Assembly: GCA_017398945.1 (NCBI GenBank)
Contig: JAFQES010000027.1
Coordinates: forward strand, 67,404-131,403
DNA: 64,000 nt
Direction of reading: 5' to 3'
From: Bacilli bacterium
GTDB lineage: Bacteria > Bacillota_I > Bacilli_A > RF39 > UBA660
Every line of letters begins with the position of its first letter. Positions within the stretch are counted from its first letter, which is position 1. This document shows positions 38,273 to 45,688 of the stretch, in pieces. The translations under genes and the position numbers were made by a program. Under the pieces are notes generated by a model. It was not told where the DNA came from, did no database searches, and saw only the letters and a list, made by a program, of their open reading frames with translations.

Positions 38273-39172
38273 ATGGGAAACTTAGAAGAACAAAGATTAG
38301 AAGATTTAAGGCAAATTAGAGATAGAATTAAGAATTGTAATTTATCACGTGATTTTGAAGAATATGCTGTGTTTTATTATTTTTCAAACGAACAAATAAA
38401 CAGGAAATATGCTCAAATAGATTTTACAAATTATCATACCGCCTTAACTGTGTTATCAAGCGGAGATCATGCGTTTAATATAATATACAAAGGCATTGAC
38501 CTTGTGGATACTTTTGATATAAATCGTATGACGGAATATTATGCCCTAGGATTTAAAAAGCGTGCCATAGAATGTTTAAGTTTTGAACAGTTTTACTCTT
38601 TATATGATTTTGGAAATATTCAAAGATTACTTGAATTAGAAGATGAAGTTATTAAGTGCATGGATAGAGAATACAAGAAATTTTGGGAATCTTTTAAATA
38701 TGAATTAAATTGTTTAGGAGAAAGAATTCCAACTGTTATACGTTGGACTAAGGAAATTGCCAAACCTCACGGGAATTACTATAATAGTTATTTAGAAAAT
38801 GAAGAATCATATAAACGTTTACAAAAAAGATTAGAAACTGCTAAAATTACTTTTACCCAAGGAAATATAACAGAAATACCAACTAGATTTGGAACATATG
38901 ATTTTATTGAATTATCAAACATATTAACTTATCAACGTCATATATTTCCCCATAGTTTGGCAAAATATAATACAACAAAATTAGTAAGAAAAATTTATGA
39001 GCATAATTTAAAAGGTTTAGGGACAATGCTTTACCAAACCGGAGGAACAATAGTAGGTAATAACCCATTAAGTTGTTTTGCGCCTAAACTTCTAAAAAGA
39101 GCAAAAAATAACTTTGATAAAAACAATACTGAATCATGGGTTTATGGACTTCAAAAAGGGGACAGGAAATGA
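38273..39172 (+). CDS. Array paralog 14/18
   Basis: YYFSNEQI; LTVLSSGDHAFNI; VDTFDINRMTEYYALGFKKRAIECL; YDFIELSNIL. Confidence 0.8.
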   Translation: MGNLEEQRLEDLRQIRDRIKNCNLSRDFEEYAVFYYFSNEQINRKYAQIDFTNYHTALTVLSSGDHAFNIIYKGIDLVDTFDINRMTEYYALGFKKRAIECLSFEQFYSLYDFGNIQRLLELEDEVIKCMDREYKKFWESFKYELNCLGERIPTVIRWTKEIAKPHGNYYNSYLENEESYKRLQKRLETAKITFTQGNITEIPTRFGTYDFIELSNILTYQRHIFPHSLAKYNTTKLVRKIYEHNLKGLGTMLYQTGGTIVGNNPLSCFAPKLLKRAKNNFDKNNTESWVYGLQKGDRK

Positions 39173-40043
39173 ATTTGGTAGAACAAAGATTAGAAGATTT
39201 AAAACAATTAAAAAAATTATTAAAACGAATAGTCTGCCATATGACTTTAAAGAGTATGCTGCCTTTTATTAATTTTCTAATGAACGAATAAACCAAAAAT
39301 ATTCTGAAATTGATTTTACAAATTACCAAACAGCATTGTGCGTTTTATCAAGAGGGGATCATGCTTTTAATGCAATATGTCACGGTATAGATAAAGTAGA
39401 TACTTTTGATGTGAATCGCTTAACAGAGTATTATGCAATAGGCTTTAAAAAAAGAGCAATAGAGTGTTTGAATTTTGAACAATTTTGTTCTTTGTATATT
39501 CTTCATGAGAAAAAATTAATGGATTTAGAAGATGAAGTAACTAAAAACATGGATTAAGTATATAAAAAGTTTTGGGAAACTTATATTTACGAAACGAAAT
39601 GTTTAGGTGAGTCTTTTCTGAGTGTATTATGGTGGAGGAAAGAGTATAAATATCCTGAAGGTAACATCTACAATGCTTATTTAGAAAATGAAGAATCATA
39701 TAAATATTTACAAAAACGATTAGAGGTTGCAAAAACAACTTTCACTTAAGCGAATATAACTGAATTGCCATCAAAATTTAAAGACTATGATTTTATTGAA
39801 TTATCAAATATATTATCTTATGGAGAATATATTTTTGGGAATTATATTAAATATCGATCAAGTAATTTAATAAGCGAGATTTATGACTGTAATTTAAAAA
39901 ACAAAGGAACAATGATATATCAAACAAGAGGATGTGATCCCTTAAATCCTTTGCTTACTCCAATGCGTCTTAAAAGGGCAAGGAAAACCTTTGCCGAAAG
40001 TGATGGCTGGTGTGTGTATATGGTCTTCAGAAAGGTGGGATAA
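39169..40043 (+). pseudogene. Array paralog 15/18, decayed duplicate of copy 14
   Basis: ATGA overlap with copy 14. One frameshift near 39215-39235 plus three in-frame TAA codons (FY*FSNE, NMD*VYKKFW, TFT*ANITE). Still aligns with copy 14 along its full length. Confidence 0.8.
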
Positions 40044-40044
40044 A

Positions 40045-40983
40045 ATGACAATATCAGATCAAAGAAAAATAGATTTACAAAAGGCTATAGAAGTTTATAT
40101 GCGTAAGTTAAAAAGAAACAATCCGAACATAAATGGTGGGGAGTATGGCTTGTATTATCGATTTACTAATGAACCCTTTGTTAACTTTGTTAACAGGGTA
40201 AATGTTTCTGCAAATATTGATGTGCTTACTGTGCTTGCTAGCGGAGACCAAGCTTTTAATTTTATTCAATCCGGAGCTAATCATATTGATACATTTGACA
40301 TTAATCGCTTAACGGAATATTTTGCCCTTGGTTTTAAAAAGACTGCTATTCAAGTATTAAATTATGAGAATTTTTTAAAATTATTTAATTATAATAGCTT
40401 AAAACCACAAAATACTCCAGACCTAGAATTAGAAAAAAGTATAATAGAATCATGTCCAGAAGAATACAAATGGTTTTGGCAAGAATTCACGCATATTTTA
40501 AAAGATAATAACTTGAATCCCAGTGTATTTGAAATATCCGAGGGATTTCATTCCAATATAGTGAAAAAACATCGTTGTAATAATTATATGAATAATGAAG
40601 AAAATTATAAATTGTTACAAAAGAGATTATTAGAAACGACAATAACATTTCAGCCTTTAGACTTAGCCGATGTATCTAAAGCAATCAAGCAAAAATATGA
40701 CTATGTATTTATATCCAATATTTTAGATGCTTTTGCTACCCATACTACTAATAATATTCCTAATTCTTTAAAAGTAGCGTTAAAAATGTTTTTAGATATT
40801 TATCGCCATAATGTAAAAAGAAATGGAGAATTAACATTTTCAACATTTGATTTTGGAGGACTTGGTGATGAGTTTATCGATATGTATAATTTGTTAGATA
40901 ATAAAAATGGTGAAAAAGTTATGTATCCGGGTGAAGTACCTCTAATATTTGGTTTGCGAAAAAGTAAAAAAAAAATAAAATAA
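40045..40983 (+). CDS. Array paralog 16/18
   Basis: MTISDQRKIDL after the SD aaaggtggg; LTVLASGDQAFNF; IDTFDINRLTEYFALGFKKTAIQVL; YDYVFISNIL. Confidence 0.8.
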   Translation: MTISDQRKIDLQKAIEVYMRKLKRNNPNINGGEYGLYYRFTNEPFVNFVNRVNVSANIDVLTVLASGDQAFNFIQSGANHIDTFDINRLTEYFALGFKKTAIQVLNYENFLKLFNYNSLKPQNTPDLELEKSIIESCPEEYKWFWQEFTHILKDNNLNPSVFEISEGFHSNIVKKHRCNNYMNNEENYKLLQKRLLETTITFQPLDLADVSKAIKQKYDYVFISNILDAFATHTTNNIPNSLKVALKMFLDIYRHNVKRNGELTFSTFDFGGLGDEFIDMYNLLDNKNGEKVMYPGEVPLIFGLRKSKKKIK

Positions 40984-41029
40984 GAAATTATATACTAACT
41001 ACAATGTTCATATAATGAAAGGAAACTAA

Positions 41030-41947
41030 ATGATGAAAATATCAGAACAAAGAAGAATAGATTTAGATAAAGCTATTAACACCTACCTTGAAAGATTTGA
41101 AAAATCAAATATTGATATTCAAAGAAAGTTTTTAGAGTACTCTGGATATTATAAATTTACTAACGAGTATTTAGGTAGATTAATATTAAAAAAGAATTAT
41201 TCCGCCGAATTTTTAAGCGAGAAAAGACTTTTAACTGTATTATCAAGTGGCGATCAAGCGTTTAACTTTATTAATCAAGGAGTAATGACGGTTGATACTT
41301 TTGATATAAATCGTTTAACTGAATATTTTGCCCTAGGATTTAAAAAAGTTGCATTAGAAACTTTAACATATGATCAATTTGAAAATTTATTTAAAAACTT
41401 TCTTGTTGATAGCGCTCGCGATTTGGAAAAGGGGGTAATTGAAAACGCGCCAGAAGAATACAAGTGGTTTTGGACTGAGTTTAAATATGCCTTAAAACAA
41501 AATGGGTTTCCAAATCCAAGTGTCTTTGACTTAGCTAAAAGAATGGATTATTACAGAGTAAAATCGTCAAATGTTAATCCCTATTTGTGCAGTGTAGATG
41601 ATTACAAAAATTTTCAACAGCAACTATCCAAAGCAAAAATAACTTTTCAACAATGTGATATTAAAGAGTTGCCTACAAAACTTGCTAAGTACGATTTAGT
41701 GTTGTTATCTAATATTGTTGAATATTATGGAAAAACAAACAAACCAATATCTGAACAATTATTAGAAGCTCAAACGGTTACACAAGATATATTTAATAAC
41801 AATTTAAACCTTGGCGGAGAAATGGTGCTTTTCGCATTTTATCAATCATTTATTGGAAAAGTGTGTCGCAACTTAAATATTAATTGCGCTAAGGATATCT
41901 TTTATTTGCTTGAAGATAAGGTATATAGTCTAAAAAGGAGCTTGTAA
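41030..41947 (+). CDS. Array paralog 17/18
   Basis: MMKISEQRRIDL; LTVLSSGDQAFNF; VDTFDINRLTEYFALGFKKVALETL; YDLVLLSNIV. Confidence 0.8.
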   Translation: MMKISEQRRIDLDKAINTYLERFEKSNIDIQRKFLEYSGYYKFTNEYLGRLILKKNYSAEFLSEKRLLTVLSSGDQAFNFINQGVMTVDTFDINRLTEYFALGFKKVALETLTYDQFENLFKNFLVDSARDLEKGVIENAPEEYKWFWTEFKYALKQNGFPNPSVFDLAKRMDYYRVKSSNVNPYLCSVDDYKNFQQQLSKAKITFQQCDIKELPTKLAKYDLVLLSNIVEYYGKTNKPISEQLLEAQTVTQDIFNNNLNLGGEMVLFAFYQSFIGKVCRNLNINCAKDIFYLLEDKVYSLKRSL

Positions 41948-42842
41948 TGGAATCGTTAGAAAAAGCTCAATTATTAAAAGATATCGAAAAAAGTGTTAGC
42001 GTTATTAAAACATCTGCTAAATTTAGTGAATATAGTAAAGTATATCCATATACTAATGAAAATCTTATTAAAAAATATAGTTTAATAAATGAGGGTGATT
42101 ATCAAACGGCGTTAACTGTCTTATCAAGTGGAGATCATCTTCTTAATTTAGTTATGAATGGTACGTCCCATATAGATACTTTTGATGTAATAAAATGACA
42201 GAATATTATGTGATGGATATTAAAATACCGGCCATTTTAAATATGACGTATGAACAATATATGCAGTTTTACAAAACATTGCTTACGCCTGGAATTAATG
42301 AAGATAAAATATTTGCTGTTGTAAAAGGCGCAGAAGAAAAATATAAATACTTTTGGGAAGAGTTCTATCGCATATATTATGACCAAAATAATTTGAGATT
42401 TGATTTTGAAAATTTATTTATTTCTGAATTTGATAGGTTGCATTTTAATAAATATCTTCGAAGTTCTAGTGATTATCAAAAAATGCAATCTTGTTTAAAA
42501 GATGCTACAATAACGTTTAAACATGCAGATGTTACAACAATCCCATTAGAATTTAAAACATATGATTTAATAGACGTCTCAAATATACTAAATTATTATG
42601 AAACAATTTTTAAAGCATATAATTATCCGCGAGAAGAAAGAAAAAAATTAGTTGCTGAAATTGTTTCTAAAAATTTAATCCAAGACGGAGTCATATTCTA
42701 TGATTACTTTTTAGGGACAGGTTTTTATGAAGCGATAAGACAAACGCGTGCAGTGATGCTAGAAAATACTTCTCATTTTAGTGTTGAGTGCACAAATGAG
42801 CTTGCTTTAGGTTTAACTAAAAAGAAAAATAGCAACTTGTAA
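41947..42842 (+). pseudogene. Array paralog 18/18, single-base frameshift
   Basis: Track ORFs 41947..42198 and 42195..42842 are the two halves. The frame breaks inside the DTFDV-N-KMTEYY motif (gatgtaataaaatgaca where gatgtaAataaaatgaca is expected). Confidence 0.75.
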
Positions 42843-42864
42843 ATAACTTTAATTAAGGTATAAT
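42837..42864 (+). promoter_or_regulatory. Candidate promoter for pgk-tpiA
   Basis: TTGTAA-N16-TATAAT spanning the end of copy 18. Confidence 0.4.
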
Positions 42865-42881
42865 TATAATAGGTGATAATA

Positions 42882-44018
42882 ATGAAGTTTATTGAAGATA
42901 TGCATCTAAATAACAAAAGAGTTATCGTGAGATGTGATTTTAATGTTCCAATAATTGATGGAAAAATAACTGATGATAGTAAAATAGTTAAGAGTTTAAA
43001 AACTATTAATTACTTACTAGAAAAAAATTGTCGAGTTGTTTTATTAAGCCATTTAGGAAGAGTAAAGTCAAATGAAGATAAAAATAAAAATACATTGTTG
43101 CCAGTTAAGGAGTCTTTAGAAAGTTTACTTGGTACGGAAGTAACGTTTGTTACCGATTATCCAAATGAAGATATTCCTAAAGATAGGAAACTAATTCTTT
43201 TAGAAAACACTAGGTATTTTGACTATCCAGAAAAATTAGAAAGCGGTAATGATTTAGAACTAGCTAAAATGTGGTCTAAACTTGGAGATGTTTTTGTTTA
43301 TGATGCATTTGCTAGTGCGCATCGTCGTCATGCGTCAACATCAGGACTTGCTAGTTTACTTCCAACCTGTATTGGTTATCTAGTAAAACAAGAATTAGAA
43401 AATTTAAATCATGTTAAAGAACCAAACGAACCATTTATGGTTATAATGGGTGGCGCTAAAGTAGATGATAAACTTCCCCTTATCAAAAACCTACTACCTC
43501 GCTGTGAAAATCTATTGCTTGGCGGAGGTATAGCTAATTCGTTTTTAAAGGCCAAAGATATAAATGTAGGTAGTAGCTTAGCTACGACAGACGAAAATAT
43601 TTTATTAGATTTAAAATGTCTAATTGAATTATATAAAGATAAAATAGTTTTACCTATAGATTTCAAAGATAAAAATACTGGGGAAATAAAAACGTTAGAA
43701 GAGCTAGTTAATGATGACATTATTTATGATATAGGTCCTAAAACAGCAACTAAATATGGAAATATCTTAAAAAATGCTGGGACAGTATTCATGAATGGAA
43801 CTCTTGGGATGAGCGAAGAAGCTGGGTTTGAAAACGGTACTAAAAAAGTTTTCGAATATTTAACTAATGTGCCAACTGTTGTAATTGGTGGTGGAGATAC
43901 TGTTGCAGCTGTTAATAACCTAGGATTTACAGATAAATTTATATTATCAAGTGGAGGAGGAGCTTCTTTAGAGTATATTGCTTATCAAACTCTGCCTGTT
44001 TTGGAGGATATAAAATAA
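42882..44018 (+). CDS. pgk: Phosphoglycerate kinase
   Basis: RVIVRCDFNVP, GGAKVDDKLPLI, GGGDTVAAV. ATG at 42882 lies 5 nt after the SD aggtga. Confidence 0.93.
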   Translation: MKFIEDMHLNNKRVIVRCDFNVPIIDGKITDDSKIVKSLKTINYLLEKNCRVVLLSHLGRVKSNEDKNKNTLLPVKESLESLLGTEVTFVTDYPNEDIPKDRKLILLENTRYFDYPEKLESGNDLELAKMWSKLGDVFVYDAFASAHRRHASTSGLASLLPTCIGYLVKQELENLNHVKEPNEPFMVIMGGAKVDDKLPLIKNLLPRCENLLLGGGIANSFLKAKDINVGSSLATTDENILLDLKCLIELYKDKIVLPIDFKDKNTGEIKTLEELVNDDIIYDIGPKTATKYGNILKNAGTVFMNGTLGMSEEAGFENGTKKVFEYLTNVPTVVIGGGDTVAAVNNLGFTDKFILSSGGGASLEYIAYQTLPVLEDIK

Positions 44019-44732
44019 ATGAAAGTAGTATGTAATTTAAAATCGCATAAGACTTGGAAAGAATATCGTGAGTATATCGTTGATTTAAGTAAGTTAGATA
44101 CTAATCATGAACTCATAATAGCTCCAAGTTTTCCTTATTTAGCATATTATCCTAAAAATATAGCACTTTGCTCTCAAGATGTTTCTTTTAGCAACCACGA
44201 AAATATTGTTGGTAATGTTACTGCTAAACAGTTAAAATCATTAGATGTTAGATATTGCCTAGTTGGACATAGTAGCAGAAGAATTCATTATGATGAAAAT
44301 GAAAAACAATTTAAACAAAAAATTGCTAATTGTTTAGAAAATAATATTAAAGTTATTTATTGTGTAGGAGAATCTCGTGAAGAAAAACAACGCGAAAAAA
44401 CTTATCAAGTTCTTGAAAAGCAAATTGCCAGAATATTTAATAACTTTGAAGGAGATTTAAATAATATAATTATCGCTTACGAACCAATCTGGGCTATTAG
44501 TGAAAATAAAAAAGATAGCGATAGTATTGATTTAGCAAAAATAAAAGATATTGTTATCTTTATTAAAAAAATTATTTTAGATTATTATGATATAAACATA
44601 AATGTCTTATATGGCGGAAGTATTGATGAAGACATTGTTGGGGATTATTTAGACTTAGAAATTGATGGCTTTTTAATTGGGAATGCTAGTTTAGATATTG
44701 AACAAGTGAAAAAAATCCTAAATAAAATATAA
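44019..44732 (+). CDS. tpiA: Triosephosphate isomerase (divergent)
   Basis: CNLKSH (Asn/Lys), VGHSSRR (His), AYEPIWAI (Glu), YGGSI. Directly abuts pgk. Confidence 0.8.
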   Translation: MKVVCNLKSHKTWKEYREYIVDLSKLDTNHELIIAPSFPYLAYYPKNIALCSQDVSFSNHENIVGNVTAKQLKSLDVRYCLVGHSSRRIHYDENEKQFKQKIANCLENNIKVIYCVGESREEKQREKTYQVLEKQIARIFNNFEGDLNNIIIAYEPIWAISENKKDSDSIDLAKIKDIVIFIKKIILDYYDININVLYGGSIDEDIVGDYLDLEIDGFLIGNASLDIEQVKKILNKI

Positions 44733-44739
44733 TTCGACA
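44733..44739 (-). promoter_or_regulatory. Possible Spo0A box (TGTCGAA on the minus strand)
   Basis: Exact TTCGACA heptamer 112 nt upstream of the spo0A ATG. About 6 chance hits are expected in a window of this composition, so only the position is suggestive. Confidence 0.25.
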
Positions 44740-44761
44740 TAAATAGACATATCTTTACATA

Positions 44762-44799
44762 AGTAGACAAAACATTTCCTAGTATTTTGTCTACTTTTT
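44762..44799 (+). terminator. Rho-independent terminator after tpiA
   Basis: Perfect 11-bp stem agtagacaaaa/ttttgtctact, 12-nt loop, T5 run. Confidence 0.7.
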
Positions 44800-44850
44800 A
44801 TATATAATGAATTTGCGTGTGGTAAATATAAATAGAAAAAAGGATGGATT

Positions 44851-45615
44851 ATGGAAAAGAAAGTTAATTTGTTGATAGTGGATGACAATGAAACTGTTAT
44901 CGACAATATTAAGAAGTATTTTAGTAGTCACGCAGTAATTAATGTATCTTGTGTATGTAATAATGGAGCTAATGCTTTAGATATTATATTAAATAAACAA
45001 GATAATTATGATTTAATCGTTATGGATTTATTAATGCCAGAAGTTGATGGTATTGAAATCTTACAACAAATGCAAAAGCATAATATTGACAAGAAAGTAA
45101 TTGTTTTAACTAGCTATAAAAAGGATTATACAGTTAAACAAACAGCAATGTATGGTGTAAATTACTATATGATGAAACCATTTAGTTTACCATCATTAGA
45201 AAAAAGAATTTTAGAAGTATTAAATGACAACTTAGAATTAGTTAGTGATTTATCTGATAATGTCTTACTAGCTATAAGTAAGTTGTTACATAGTTTAGGT
45301 ATGCCTTCTCATATAAAGGGATACCAATATATTAGAGAAAGTATCATGATGATGTATCAAAATCCGGATATGTTAGGTGGTATAACAAAAGAAATATACC
45401 CCGAAATAGCCGATAAGTTTGATACGACATCATCAAGAGTTGAAAGAGCTATAAGACATGCTATTGAAGTAAGTTGGAATAGAGGAGACTATGACTTAAT
45501 GGAAGAAATATTTGGTCATAGTGTTGATTACGATCGTGCTAAACCAACTAATTCAGAGTTTATAGCTACGTTAGCAGATAAACTTCGCATGGATAAAACT
45601 TTATTAGCGGTATAG
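44851..45615 (+). CDS. spo0A: Sporulation master regulator Spo0A
   Basis: Receiver domain (LLIVDDN...DLIVMDLLMPEVDG) plus the Spo0A-specific DNA-binding signature SRVERAIRHAIEVSWNRGD. Confidence 0.92.
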   Translation: MEKKVNLLIVDDNETVIDNIKKYFSSHAVINVSCVCNNGANALDIILNKQDNYDLIVMDLLMPEVDGIEILQQMQKHNIDKKVIVLTSYKKDYTVKQTAMYGVNYYMMKPFSLPSLEKRILEVLNDNLELVSDLSDNVLLAISKLLHSLGMPSHIKGYQYIRESIMMMYQNPDMLGGITKEIYPEIADKFDTTSSRVERAIRHAIEVSWNRGDYDLMEEIFGHSVDYDRAKPTNSEFIATLADKLRMDKTLLAV

Positions 45616-45639
45616 AAATGAGGTAACACTCATTTTTTT
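45616..45639 (+). terminator. Terminator after spo0A
   Basis: Stem aaatgag/ctcattt, 6-nt loop, T7 run. Confidence 0.6.
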
Positions 45640-45688
45640 GCTTTATTAAAATGTTTGTGTTATATTTAATTAACGGAAGGTGTAAATA

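Larger units (their letters stand above)
26057..42842 (+). repeat. Tandem array of 18 paralogous genes (protein-level repeat unit of about 0.9 kb)
   Basis: 18 consecutive + strand ORFs share the same ordered motifs; see the individual entries. Confidence 0.9.

Noticed and set aside
39084-39738. Minus-strand ORFs 39084..39329 and 39541..39738, and plus-strand fragments 39336..39557 and 39765..40043, were considered as separate genes.
   Set aside because: The plus-strand fragments are pieces of one decayed paralog (copy 15). The minus-strand ORFs are antisense to it and have no SD.
30374-42198. In-frame TAA codons in copies 5 and 15 were considered as evidence of an alternative genetic code or programmed read-through.
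   Set aside because: TAA terminates many housekeeping genes here at their expected ends (prfA, murA, gap and ribosomal proteins). TGA and TAG are also used as stops, and Trp is TGG. Copy 15 additionally has a frameshift, so decay is the simpler explanation.
26057-42842. The regular 0.9-kb periodicity was considered as a CRISPR array, satellite or non-coding tandem repeat.
   Set aside because: The repeat units are full-length ORFs conserved at the protein level and diverged at the DNA level. There are no short direct repeats with unique spacers and no cas genes.
25739-42872. The array was considered as a mobile genomic island.
   Set aside because: No integrase, transposase, tRNA attachment site or flanking direct or inverted repeats are visible. 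An origin by insertion cannot be excluded, but there is no mobility machinery in the window.
44803-44812. A sigma-H type promoter for spo0A (GAAT at 44809) was considered.
   Set aside because: No AGGA-like -35 lies at the appropriate distance. Only a generic TATAAT is supportable.
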